Below, in pieces: positions 12,185-24,924 of a stretch of 64,000 nt of DNA (position 1 is the first letter of the stretch; each line of letters opens with the position of its first letter). Both the position numbers and the translations under genes were made by a program. Source of the stretch: Octopus vulgaris (Eukaryota); the NCBI GenBank assembly GCA_951406725.2, contig OX597819.1, positions 135,036,001-135,100,000 on the forward strand, in the 5' to 3' direction. The notes beneath the pieces were generated by a model. The model saw nothing but the letters and a program-made list of their open reading frames with translations, was not told where the DNA came from and ran no database searches.

Positions 12185-13904
12185 TGCAAGGCCATTTTTT
12201 GGCTTGAAGTTGAAAACGAGACATTGGTGGCATAATTTCGTTTTATCTATACTCCACAAACCACGAAAATACCCAAAGTGAAATGTCTCGACCTTGTCGA
12301 GCTATATCGAAGGAATGCCGCTTTTCTAGCTCCTGTTTTGAGCAACAAATGGGGCGGTGACCTTCCAGGGAGCTATAAACAGGATAGCTTTCTCTTATAA
12401 TTACCAATATAACAACTGTTGAACACATACAAGAAACATAGAATATAAAAGAATTCCTGAAGGACATCAGTTAAATATACCTAACACTTAACGAATCAGC
12501 GAATTCTGGATTCTGAGAATTCAATAGTCATTGGATAGTGTGAGGGGAATAGTATTGTTAAACCAGTTCATGAGAGATCCATTAGAAGTGATTCCTCTTT
12601 AAATTCAACCATAGACATACAAATACATTTCCACTGATTGAGAAGACTCTCGAAATCTTTAATTTGCTGATGGAGTTGAAGAAATCCACTCTATACTTCG
12701 AGGTAGGATGTTAGGCAACCGGCGGATTTCAAATGAAGTTCAATATTTTTAAAAAATAAAACTTTAAAAATAATTTGGCTCCTTTCGCCAGTTATTTTGG
12801 AATTATGTTATTTTCGGTTGCTTTGTCGCTCCCGTTTTATACCCGAGATCAAGAACATTAAATGTAAAAGGTTACAATACGTTTACCTTATTTGCTCCAT
12901 ATTCACACAATATTTACTTAATATGCTTCATATTATACACAGTGAATTAAATCTGTTTCTCTTTTGTATTTACAGAAACTAGAAACATTTCGTAGTTTCT
13001 GTCATGTTTGGTTATTCCCTTTACAGAAACATTTCCCTGAAAAAGTATCCAATACTTTGAAATATGAAATTATTCACGCACCTGTTGAACCCAATGAATA
13101 CCGCGATAAACAATTAAAATAACTTTGTGAAAACATATGGATATGTCCTGTAGGAAGAAACTAGTGGTGGTAAAAGTGTTATATGTATTAGCTGAGGTCG
13201 GGGTGATTTCCACTCGTTCCCTACATATATATATATGTGTGTGTGTTTCGCCAAAAGAAAAGAGCAGTTGTGAAGCTATTTATTTATTTTGCAGATTATC
13301 TGAGTTTGGGGAATAAATTGCATACTTGATCTCCTTACCAAGTGATGGTATTAAAACGTGCAACAAATTAAGGATACCATTCAAAAACTAGTCCAGTCCA
13401 CCACTAAATGGACACAATTTCCGTTCAGCCAATTTCACCAAACAGCATTTGAGTTGACCCACGGTTGATAAATAGAAGACGTTTTCTTAAAATGGCAAAA
13501 GAGTGGAATCAAAAGTGGGAAAATGTGAGATACGAACTACTTCACCACACATGTCTATCCTATAAATCCTGTGTCCTATGATATAAGATTCAAGTGAACT
13601 TCTAAATCTGTTTCGAAAAGTTATTTTAGCGCTTAGAGACAGACCCATTCCTTCAGGAATCAAGAAACTTAAAAATCGGGCCAATTGAGATTTTATATAT
13701 ATATGAGCCTAATTTATACATCAGTGGGGATTTATACAGAACATCTTAACATAAAAATTAAGATTTTAGAAGACAACGAAAGTTTTTAACATTTTCAGAA
13801 TGCTTAAATTAATTCTATAAAACTTGTAGAAAACGTTGATGTTACTTTGTAAATGATTTCAATTTGAAAATGAGTTTTAATGATAGAATTTAAATGTTAC
13901 TTAC

Positions 13905-14231
13905 TCGAAGTTTCCGACGATATTTGTTGGTGACTTGTTTTGCGTGAACCAACAAATGGGTTCCGATTCCGAAGCACAAAATGAAAATAACAATGAATCC
14001 AGGTCCCAGAAACTTGTAGTCAAAGTTGATTAAATAAACGTGACGATGTCGGAGGGTAATAACCAAAATGCCAACTACCATGCACATCAATCCGAAAACG
14101 AATAGCGTCATTGCAGAGAGAAAATAAAAGCGACCAGGTCCTATGTTCAAAGAGTTTAACTGTTCTTTAATTCTTCCATGTAAATAATGACTGTAGGCCG
14201 TCAGGGTATCCATATCTAAATCTTTACCCAT
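13905..14231 (-). CDS. First coding exon of an unidentified two-transmembrane protein
   Basis: Acceptor ttttactgtttgttAG before 14254, ATG at 14231, 109 codons MGKDLDMD...FYFLSAMTLFVFGLMCMVVGILVITL..FLGPGFIVIFILCFGIGTHLLVHA..KYRRKLR, perfect GTAAGT donor at 13904, phase 0. Non-repetitive, two hydrophobic helices, no TE motif. Confidence 0.75.
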
Positions 14232-15001
14232 GATTTCTGCTTTAATTCTATGTTCTAACAAACAGTAAAAGTTGTTTTTAAGTTAATGTTTTAAAAACAA
14301 GTTTCTAGGTCAGGTAGAAACGTTAAACAAATTTAATAACTTCGTCAAATATAATATATGAGTCAGAGAAGTCCTACCTGAACATTTCCATCTTACTGAC
14401 ACCTGACAGGTAAAAACTGACCTAATTAACTGATACGCATGCGTTTGAAGACCGAGAAAATGAAAAGACAAATATTCAACATTCCTTCCTCTTACGGTCA
14501 CTGTTGTAGTTTGGTATTTTATGACTATATTTTCTTTTAATATTTGTATTGTTAAGTCTATGAGGCAAACCAAATTTCATAAGTTCTCAACAGTAGAAGA
14601 CGATTGGGGTGGACGTTAGAGTCGGCTCTCGAGTGTGTTATAAATTTATATAGGAAAGAAGCGTACTTGACAGAGGAAGGGAGTGACATATACGTCGACA
14701 TAGACATAACGAAATATATATATTTATAAAGAAATATATACGTCGACATAGACGGTCGATATGATGGTAATGTTTAAAACATATTTAACCAAGTTTCTCC
14801 ATTGGTCGTGGCCTCTGGCTATACAGCACCTATGCAGATTAAAACTATATTAATCATGGAATAAACAGATACATGATTTCGAATTCGTTATAAAAATGCT
14901 AACTGAATGCAACACATTCCAAGTAAAAACCAGGGAATATATTTCATTTTGATTAGAGACAATTTTGAAACTCTTCTAGTTTGAAATTCTCTGCTGCTGC
15001 T

Positions 15002-15035
<34 letters not shown>

Positions 15036-15129
15036 GCTCACACACACATACATAGATATAAAAAAACCCCACAAAAATGTAATTACTAATGACGACTGAA
15101 AATACACATCATAAGCAGTTATCCAAAAA

Positions 15130-16520
15130 CGTCATCGTGTTATATCCCGATGAGACCTGATGTAACCAAGTCTAATGAAATCCGTTGGAAGAATCCATAA
15201 TGTGGTAGAATAATATGAAAGAGTATTGGTGGGATGTCCTAGTGAAAACATCTATAAAATACAAACATAATACCCCAGATATCATGATCTGGGACAGAGA
15301 AGTGAAACGGTACAGTAGTGGTAATCAGTTGTCCAGCGGATGTCAACATAAAGTTAAAGATCAGTGAAAAAGGAAACACTCAACTGGACTATTGAAAAGT
15401 TTACAGCTACTCTACATGGATTACAAGTTCAGATTCTTATGGGGACTGGATGGATGCCTGCCTCTGGCCAACATTGGAGGTCCACTCAGTCTATATGAGC
15501 TCTGCATCTCCATTGCTCTCAGAGTGGGAGCTGACATCTGTAGGGGACTGAGATGTTGCTGTTGTAGGCCCCTCGATCCCACAGGTCTTTACAGTCGCTC
15601 TTGCTACCTAAAGGCTGGTCATTTTGCTCGTCTCACATCAAGCTAACCCTTAATCATTAAGCGGGCCCTGGCTCAGATCAATATCCCCTCAATTCTGGAG
15701 CAGGCAGGATTAGCCAAGAAGTGATGGAAAGAGACCAGATGGTCTTACCCTCTGCCCTCTGGGTTAGAGGGAGGTGCCCCATCTGGGATGCCATAGTCTC
15801 TGACTCTTTTGCTCCCTCCTACATCCTGGATGCTGCAATAAGTGGGAGGGTCACTGCTTCCATAGCCAAACGGAACAAAACCCTGAAGTATCAGGACCTG
15901 ACAGCAAACTATCTTTCCCAGCCTGTGGCATTTGAGATGTTTGCAGGGACTGGACCACTAATGGCAACGTTTTTGTCCTCATTGACAACTTACCTCACTG
16001 AGGCAACAGGTAATGCCTCCTGTGAAGGTGCTTGGTTTCACCATCGCCTGTGACAATGCCATGGCCATGCTGGCTTCCTTCACTAGGTTCTATTGAACCT
16101 TGTGGTGTGTGACCAACTGAAGCACTTGGTGCTGCTTTGATGGGTTTTTTTCCTTTCTGTCCCTTTCTTTTCTTTTTTTCGCAAAATATAATCCTGTTCA
16201 TGTTTTGTTGCATGGAACATGTGGAAATTTGGATTTTGTTAATCTTACTGTTAAATTATTTGTATTTGTTTTCTTTTCATGAAAATTAATTGTAAATAAT
16301 TAAAATTAAATAAATGCTTACATATATAACAGAAAGTTCAGATTCATACCCATAATTATTGACGCACTAGAATATGTAACAAAATACCTCAGTAGCAATC
16401 TTGAGAAATTGAGATTTTCAAAACCTGAAAGGAGAAAGCTAATTAGATTAGAGATGCAAGCCATCAATGAAGGGGTCAAAATATGTAAAACTTACCAAAG
16501 TTTAGCATTTAAGTATATAT
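15130..16520 (+). mobile_element. R4/Dong-like RLE non-LTR retrotransposon 3' fragment, split by a CRE-like insertion
   Basis: EYWWD..KYKHNTPDIMIWDRE..VISCPADVNIKLKISEK..LQLLYMDYKFRF (to 15436) resumes at 16346 as IPIIIDAL..NLEKLRF..AINEGVKICKTY, a PD-(D/E)xK restriction-like endonuclease. Confidence 0.75.
15437..16333 (+). mobile_element. CRE-clade-like non-LTR retrotransposon 3' fragment with 12-bp TSD
   Basis: IALRVGADIC..C..C..LDPTG..C..GHFAR, IKRALAQINIPSILE..DGKRPDG..CPIWDA..K..KYQDL..PVAFE; flanked by AAGTTCAGATTC at 15425-15436 and 16334-16345. Confidence 0.85.
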
Positions 16521-16756
16521 ACACATGTTTAGACTTGCAACTGTATACAGAAGAATACCTACATAAAACAAAACAAATCTGTGCCTACACTGACTCCGAA
16601 CATTGCACACATTCACACAAACATGCAGAAATACCTTGATGATGTTTAAAATTTCAATAAAGGAACCTTAGAACTAAGTTAGAAACCAGCACTTTATCCA
16701 TTGACAAGAAATCTAGAAATCGAAGTAAATAATAACATATATACATTGCACATCAC

Positions 16757-16765
16757 ATGCATACA

Positions 16766-16801
<36 letters not shown>

Positions 16802-16855
16802 CATACATACATACATATATACATACATATATATACATACATACATATATATATA

Positions 16856-16889
<34 letters not shown>

Positions 16890-17015
16890 CATACATATAT
16901 ATATACATACATACATATATACATACATACATATATACATACATACATATATACATACATACATATATACATACATACATATATACATACATACATATAT
17001 ACATACATATATACA

Positions 17016-17049
<34 letters not shown>

Positions 17050-17062
17050 CATACATATATAC
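16757..17062. repeat. (TACA)n/(TA)n compound microsatellite
   Basis: Directly visible. Confidence 0.97.
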
Positions 17063-17191
17063 CCTTAACCTTTTGATATATGTCTCAGCTATTACATTAC
17101 TAGTGTATTGCAAAGAGCTGAAGCCATGCAATCAAGATTCAAGTAGAAAGCCTGAACCAACAGAGGCACATAATTTAAAAAATAAATTAGA

Positions 17192-17465
17192 AATGTAGTC
17201 TACAGTATAAGATGCAAAGAAGGTACTTGTAAAGACATGAACTTGACATAGATAGGGGAGACATCTAGGAGCATTGCAGAACGACTAAATGAACATCTGA
17301 GACAATATGACAACAAAAAACAGTCCTCCATACTCTACCAACATGGAGGCAACCTGGGTCACTTGACATCCGCATCTTATCCAAGCACCCATAAGACCCA
17401 ACACTCAAACAAATACAGGAGTATGTCCTCATGAATGAAACTTCCCCAATACTAAATAGGAAATA
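17192..17465 (+). mobile_element. Penelope-like element GIY-YIG endonuclease remnant
   Basis: [50 protein letters not shown]...KQIQE..SPILNRK fits the VY..C..C..YIGET.R..R..EH pattern and the C-terminal E..P.LN pattern. Confidence 0.75.
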
Positions 17466-17544
17466 TGCATAGTAGATATCATACCCCTATGCCCACAGTT
17501 TACATGGGTAGAGTAGAATAGTTAATGGGCTGTTATGTAGATAG

Positions 17545-17950
17545 ATGTATGTATGTGTGTGTGTGTTGGTGTATGTATATATATATGTATATGCACATGT
17601 ATGTAAGCGTATGGATATGAAAGTAAACATATAGACGGATAGGTACATAGGTTATATTAACTGACAAGCACACATACACAAATGAAGACTGAAACACATG
17701 AACATATATACACACACGCTTAAACATGCACACAAAGAGACAAATGTATACACACACATGCAAACACACACATACATAAAAACACACAAACATGGACACG
17801 CAAACACATGAATATGCAGAATACACACATACAAATGTACACACATACATACATATATACATGTGCACAAACACATACATGCATACACACACATGCATAC
17901 ATACATAGATACATACAAACACTAACCCACACACATGTGCACAAACAAAC
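17545..17950. repeat. Degenerate (CA)/(TA)-rich low-complexity tract
   Basis: Directly visible; it produces the spurious C/V/M/Y-rich ORFs. Confidence 0.85.
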
Positions 17951-18246
17951 AAAAAGAGGAGAGTATGAATAAACAAAGTCAAAACTATTGACAAGGTTGC
18001 AAGACACAACGAAAATTTTAGAAAAATAAAAAAGGAAATAACTGAAAATGTTACCGGTGAGTCTGTTAAATTATAAGGCAGTAAAAGAGAATGACTCTCC
18101 CCAGACACAACAGATTCAAAATTAAAATTTTATTCCTTCAAAAAATATCTCACAGAACATTGTAGTTATAAAATGTAACAGAGAGAACAACTTCTCATGA
18201 CATCAGGAAGACTACACAAAAAACTAGAGAGTTGATTTAGTGATAC

Positions 18247-21050
18247 ATCATCTTCATCATCATCATTGTTTAACGTCCATATTCCATGCTGGCATGCATT
18301 GGACGGTTTGACTGGGAACAGGCAAGCCAGGAGGCTGCACCAGGCTCCAATCTGATCTGGCAGTGTTTCTGAATGCCCTTCCTAACACCAACCACTCTGA
18401 GAGTGTAGTGGGTGCTTTTTATGTGCCACTGGCATGGGAGCCAGTCAGGTGGCACTGGCACTGGCCATGTTCAGATGGTGCTTTTTACATGCTACCGGCA
18501 CAGGCCCCAGTCAGGGCGGGGAGGCTGGCATCAACCGTGTTCAGATGGTGCTCTTTACATGCCACCAGCACGGGGAGCTAGTTGGGTGGCAGTGGCATAT
18601 GTCACAACTACAATTTCCATTTGATTGTGATTTGATTTGATTTTGATTTCACTTGATTCAATAGGTCTTCCTCAAGCACAGAATGTCACCCAACAATTCA
18701 AAGGTACATTTTAAATGTTGTTGGTTATGCGACACTTATGCAGGCTATGGCTGTGATCTCACTTTACTTGCCAAGTTTTGTCAATCACAGCATATCTCCA
18801 GAAGTCTTGGTCTTTCATCATTGCCTTTGTGAGGCCCAACATCCAAAGGTCATGTTTCACCACCTCATCCAATGTCTTCCTGGGTCTCCCTCTACCACTG
18901 GTTCCTTCAACTGTTTGGGAGTGACACTTCTTTACACATCTCTCCTCATCCATACACAACATATGACCATACCAGCACAATCAATTCTCTTGCTCATCTG
19001 ATGCTTCTTATGTCCAGCATTTCTCTCAGTGCACTTACACTCTGTTGTGTATGCACACTGACATTACACATCCAGCAGAGCATACAAGCTTCATTTCTTT
19101 CAAGCCTACGTATGTCTTCAGCATTTATGGCCCATGTTTCACTGCCACGTAGCATGGCAGTTTGCACACATGCATCATACAATCTACCTTTCACTTTGAG
19201 TGAGAGGCCCTTTGTCACCAGTAGAAATAGGAGCCCACTGAACTTTGCCCAGGCTATTCTTACTCTAGTTGCTAAACTCTCAGAGCAACCACCCCCACTA
19301 CAGACTTGGTGACCTATGTAGCAGAAGCTATCAACTATTTCTAGTTTCTTCTGGCATGTGATGGAATCAGTTTTCTGAGCATCTGCGGAGTTTATTGCCC
19401 ATGTGCATCTGCCACACACAAAAACTATCTTCCAGTTAACCTTCCTTTGGTGTTGCTACACTTCTTATGCATCAATAGCTTACACTGGGTACATCTTATG
19501 GACTTTCTACCTACACCTTTTCTGAAGGGGTTACTAGAACTTTGGTTTTTGCAACACTGACTCTAAAGCACTTTGATTCTAAACATCGCTTCCACTCCTG
19601 AAATTCCTTCTCTAGTTCTGGTAGTGATTCTACTATGAGAGCAAAGTCATCAGCATAGAGGAGCTCCCAGAGACAACCTCTCTTGAATTCCTCTGTTACT
19701 GCTTGGAGGACTATGTTGAATAAGAGGGGGCTGAGGGCTGATCTTTGGTGAATTATTCACTATACTCATTGCCTGTACAGCCCTTATTAACCACTCGTTA
19801 ATCCCCAGTTTCCACATCACCCACCAGATAAGGGATCAGGGGACCCTGTCAAAGGCTTTCTCCAATTCGACATAAGCCAAGTACAGTGTTTTATCTTTGG
19901 CTCCTACAGTTGCATACCAGGAATATAGCATCAGTGGTGCTTCTACTGGCACAAAACCGAGCTGCATCTCATCTAAGCAGACTCTCTCCCTAATTAGTTG
20001 GGCTATGACCCTCTCCGTGACCTTTATCACCTGGTCCAGCAGTTTGATACTCCTGTAGTTATTTCTATCTAAAGCCTTTGTAGCAGTTGACTATGGTGCT
20101 GCTGCGGAAGTTATTAGGTATGACTCCATCATGAACTACCTGGTTTACAATATGGTGACTAGGTCATAGCCCACACCACCAGATATTTAAAGCATTTCAG
20201 CAGTGATTCCTGATGGGCCGGGGGCGTTTCCTGACATCCTATCCTTAATTGCTTTATCTACCAGGATACTATTATTTCAGGTAGCTGGACCCTCTACTGG
20301 GTTAACATTTGGCAGGCTCTACTCCTCCCCTTCATTCTCCACATTCAGCAGTCTTTCATAATGGCTTCTCCAAGCCTCTTTCTTTGCAGAATCATTAAAA
20401 GCAAGTGCACCATCATCCATGCGGGCACATTTGTCTCCTATGACATCACCATTTTCTCTCACACACTGTCTTGCAATCCGAAATACTTCAGTTCATTGGT
20501 CCTCACATTACTGAACATTGGCAGACTTCTTCTTTTCTGCTTTTCCCTTGGCTATGTATACCTGTCTACCAGCCTTCCTTCTGGCTATCTTGTACAGTTC
20601 CCTGCTGCCCCCACTCTTCCAGGCTTTCCAGGCCTGTTTCTTTGCTCTAATGGCCTTGTCTACTGTATAATTCTGCCACCACGTTACTCTAGGTCTGGAA
20701 GAGACTTTGCACCAGCCACCAATTTGGTCTGTGGTTCTCAGCAAGCTGTCCTGTAGAAATCTCCAGTTACCCTCTATGTTCAAAGTCTGTAGCTCCTCTA
20801 CCCTCTCCTCAGATTCTTCAATGAGGATGTCCCTAAATCTCTGACCATGTGAAAAGTTCTTTAGCTTCGAAATCCTTCTTTTCTGGATTGGTCTGCTTCT
20901 TGGCATTCTTATGGCCTCGAGTCTAAAGTCACTAATAACTGATCTATGCTGGTGGGTGGGGGCACATTCTCCACTAGGGAGGGTCTTTGTATTTAAGAGC
21001 AACCTTGCATCCTGCTGCCTAGGGAGGATGAAATCAATCTGTCTTCTTCT
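18247..21050 (-). mobile_element. RTE LINE, degenerate (end of APE, RT, 3' UTR, (GAT)n tail)
   Basis: QIDFIL, QHRSVISDF, TWWQNYTVDKAI, VELEKAFDRVP, LYADDF, AMLRGSETW, WYGHML..GRPRKT; (CAT)n at 18247-18266. Confidence 0.93.
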
Positions 21051-21084
21051 CTTCTAGCTATATAATAGAATTCTCTGTTATGAC

Positions 21085-21935
21085 CATCCTTTCAGGCTTG
21101 TTTCTTTGCTCTAGTGGTCCTGTCTACTACTCTGTTCCAACATCATGTCACCCTAGATGTGGTTGGGACTTTGCACCGGCCACAAATTGGGATTGTGGTT
21201 CTCTGTAAGTTGTCTTTTTGGGACTTTCATATCTGTAACTCCTCCTTCTTGATAAATGTTTCAATTAGCATGTCTCAAAATCTCAGACTATTCAAAGAAT
21301 CCTTAAGTTTTCAAATTCTTCTTTTCCAGACTGGTCAACTTCTTGGAATCTTTCTAGCCTGTAGTCTGAAGTTACTAATGACTAACTTGTGCTGAGGTGT
21401 GCATTTTTCATCAGGAAAGGTTGTTGCATTTTTGAGCAACCATTATCTCACTTTCTGGTGAGAATGTAATCAATCTGGCTTATGTGGGCACGACTGGCTG
21501 GCCTCCTGAAGTTGGTGTTGCAGATCATTTAGCTATTTGTATCACAGACTCCAGTAGCCTTGTTCTGTCCTCATTATAGCAACCAATTCCATGGTCACTA
21601 TGTACACTGTGGAGGACACCTGGGTGCTCCCCAACATATCCATTAGAAGTCACTATCCACAAAAATAAGGTCACTGTCATTTGTCTGTGAGGGAGTCTGC
21701 AAAAAAAGTACCCTAAAAAAGATCCTTTTGTTCATTTGGCAGACATGGTGGTGGTGGTGGAGGGGGGGCCACAGACAGAGATAATTGTTGCCATACTACT
21801 TTACAAAACTAGTCTAAGCTTAAGTACCCTATCACACACTCTGACTATCTCAGTCCCCTTCTTCACCTTAACTTAAATGTATGCTCTCACCACCTACCCC
21901 GTCACTATTGCCTTCCCAAAAGATTTTGTACCTTC
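21085..21935 (-). mobile_element. RTE LINE apurinic endonuclease fragment
   Basis: RYKIFWEGNSDGVGG..DRVLKLRLV..SQIDYILTRK..PQHKLVISNF, with frameshifts. Confidence 0.85.
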
Positions 21936-22793
21936 GCTGCCAGCCAGATTGATTTCATTCTCATCAGACAGTGGGATGTATGGTTGCTCTTAAATACAAA
22001 GACCCTCCATGGTGAAGCATGTACCCACTAACACAGACTAGTTATTAGTAACTTTAGACTCAAGGCCAGAAGGATGCCAAAAACCAGACCAACCTGGAAA
22101 AGAAGGACTTGGAAGCTTAGGAACCCTTCACATGGTCAGAGATTTAGGGATATCCTTACCGAGAAATTTTATGATAGGGAATCCTGTGACATAGAAAGTA
22201 GCTGGGAATTCCTGCAAGACAGCTTGCTGAGTGCCACAGACCAAATTTGTGGCTGGTGTAAAGTCCCTTCCAGACCTAGGGTAACACGATGGTAGAACAA
22301 TACTGTAGACAGGGCCATTTGAGCAAAGAAGCAAGCTAGGAATGCCTGGAAGAGTGGGGGCAGCAGGAGTGTGTGTCAGATAGCCAAAAGGGAAGCTAAG
22401 AGACAGATATATATAGTCAAGGGAATAGCAGAAAAGAAGTTTGCCAATGTTCAGTGATGTGAGCACCAGAGAACTGAAGTATTTCGGATTGCAAGATGGT
22501 TTGTGAGAGAAAACCATGATGTCATAGGAGAGGAATATGTATGCATGGATGATGGTGCCCTTGCGTCTAATGATTCAAAGAAAGAGGCTTGGAGATGCCA
22601 TTATGAAAGACTGCTGAATGTGGAGAATGAGTGGGAGGAGGAGAGTCTGTTAAGAGTTGACCCAGTAGAGGGTCCAGCTACCTGAATTGACAGTACCCAG
22701 GTAGATAAAACAATTAAGGATATGAAAACAGGGAAAGCACTTTGCCCATCAGGAATCACTGCTGAGATGCTTAAAATATCTGGCAGTGCGGGT

Positions 22794-23770
22794 TGTAGTG
22801 GATGTGTGTATGTATTAATAAATACATAAGTTGTTTTGTGATTAAATAGAGATTTATTTACACTACATAAATTTGTAAGCAATGCTACGCATTGCTTGTA
22901 CAGAATACATATTAAAGAATGCTTGTACAGAATACATATTAAAGAATGCTTGTACAGAATACATATTAAAGAATGCTTGTACAGAATACATATTAAAGAA
23001 TGCTTGTACAGAATACATATTAAATAATGCTTGTACAGAATACATATTAAAGAATGCTTGTACAGAATACATATTAAAGAATGCTTGTACAGAATACATA
23101 TTAAAGAATGCTTGTACAGAATACATATTAAAGAATGCTTGTACAGAATACATATTAAATAATGCTTGTACAGAATACATATTAAAGAATGCTTGTACAG
23201 AATACATATTAAAGAATGCTTGTACAGAATACATATTAAAGAATGCTTGTACAGAATACATATTAAATAATGCTTGTACAGAATACATATTAAAGAATGC
23301 TTGTACAGAATACATATTAAATAATGCTTGTACAGAATACATATTAAAGAATGCTTGTACAGAATACATATTAAAGAAGAATATGTTTGTGTGTGTGTGT
23401 GAGTAAATCATGCAGGACAGTAACCTTTAGGCATATTCTCTAGTCGTCTCCACTAAGCGTAGTGTTTGCTTTGGCGTCGGCTCCGTTCTCTCTGGATAGC
23501 CGATTTTTCCGTTCTATTTATAAAATCTCAAATAGCCAGAAAAATAGATATATCGCAAGACAGTTATTGTTTAAGTAGGTCACTGCTCGTCCACCTTGAA
23601 CTTCGCTTGACATGGCTCAGGTCGGAGGTCAAAGGGAGATGATCAATCACTTTTGTCAGAACAAAGGAATTCTTAATTTCGCGCCTTTGCATGCATTGGT
23701 ATTTGACGACCGATGATTCTTGGATTTGATTTCGAATCCAAGCTTAGAGAAGGAAGTGCTAACTCTTACA
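22794..23770 (-). mobile_element. Solo LTR (977 bp) carrying an internal 27-bp minisatellite
   Basis: TGTAG...CTTACA termini, 4-bp TSD GGGT (22790-22793 and 23771-23774); excision restores RTE GSAG-YGLV. Orientation is tentative, from a minus-strand TATAAATA near 23515-23522 and AATAAA near 22853. Confidence 0.88.
22893..23378. repeat. 27-bp minisatellite, 18 copies of TGCTTGTACAGAATACATATTAAA(G/T)AA
   Basis: 486 bp = 18 x 27; T variant in copies 5, 10, 14 and 16. Confidence 0.97.
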
Positions 23771-24924
23771 GGGTTATGGTCTTGTCATCGGCATCGTAAA
23801 TCAGGTAGTTCATGAAGGAGTCATACCCAATGACTGTTGTAGCAGCACCATAGTCAACTACTAGAAGGGGAAAGGTGATGCTTTAGATAGAAACAACTAC
23901 AGGGGTATCAAATTATTGGATTAGGTGATAAAAGTTACAGAGAGGGTCATAGCCCAACTAATCAGGGAGAGAGTTAGCCTAGATGAGATGCAGTTTGGTT
24001 TTGTGCCAGGCAGAAGTACCAATGATGCTATATTTCTGGTAAAGCAGCTGCAGGATAAATACCTAGCCAAAGATAAACCTCTGTACATGGCTTCTGTTGA
24101 CTTGGAGAAGCCTTTGACAGGGTCCCCTGATCACTTATCTGGTGGTCAATATGGAAACTGGGGATAGATGAGTGGTTGGTAAGAGCTGCACAAGCCTTGT
24201 ACAGGGACACTACCATTAAGGTGAGGGTTGGCAATGAGTATAGTGAAGAATTCCGAGTAGAAGTAGGGGTTCACCAAGGATCAGTCCTCAGCTCCATCTT
24301 ATTGATTATAGTCTTCCAGGCAATAACACAGGAATTCAAGACAGGGAGCCCCTGGGTGCTCATCTATACTGACGACCTTAATCTAATAGCTTAGTCACTG
24401 ACAGAACTAGAGACAAAGTTTAGGGTGTGGAAGCAGGGTCTAGAATTGAAGACCCTTTGAATCAATCTAACAAAAACCAAAGTCCTAGTAAGTAGGAAGG
24501 CTGTCAAATCATAATCACCTTCAGGTAGATGACTCTGCTCAATCTGCAGAAATGGCATGAGTAGCAACTCCATACAATGTAACTGGTGAAAACTATGGAC
24601 ACATAAAAGGTGCAGCAATATCAAAGGAAGGCTAATCAGGAAAATAGTTTTTGTTTGTGGCGGATGCAGAGGGGCAATAAACACTGAAGATGTACAGAAA
24701 ATAGATTATATATATGCATACATACATATTTCTGTGAAAGTTAGAGGTTGGGAAACCAACCAACTAAGGGATCGTACATATCCAATATACTGATGGTAGT
24801 GTACCCAATTATTCACACCCAAATGCTGGTTATTGCATGGCACTCTCGCAATTGAGTGTCATTTATAGGCAGGGGTACAAAGTGGTTCACACTTTCCATA
24901 TACACACATATTCATATATATATA

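Larger units (their letters stand above)
21936..24705 (+). mobile_element. RTE LINE fragment interrupted by a solo LTR
   Basis: SQIDFIL..HRLVISNF..PSGITAEMLKISGSAG|YGLV..NYRGIKLL..QFGFVPGRST..VHQGSVLS..YTDDL; the frame is continuous across the LTR. Confidence 0.93.

Noticed and set aside
13026-13121. Possible + strand terminal exon KHFPEKVSNTLKYEIIHAPVEPNEYRDKQLK*
   Set aside because: It has an acceptor-like ttccctttacAG but no recognisable homology or upstream partner exon, and it overlaps the minus-strand candidate.
16694-18108. Long YVCM/HTYI-rich ORFs
   Set aside because: Microsatellite translations with no coding signal.
21085-22790. Twin-priming 5' inversion at the opposite-strand RTE junction near 21935
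   Set aside because: The two pieces overlap in element coordinates by several hundred bases and are clearly diverged, so they are independent copies.
22893-23378. CRISPR-like array, or repeat proteins (ACTEYILKN)n and (FFNMYSVQA)n
   Set aside because: Units are contiguous with no unique spacers, there are no cas genes, and the array lies inside a solo LTR. The ORFs follow from a stop-free 27-nt unit.
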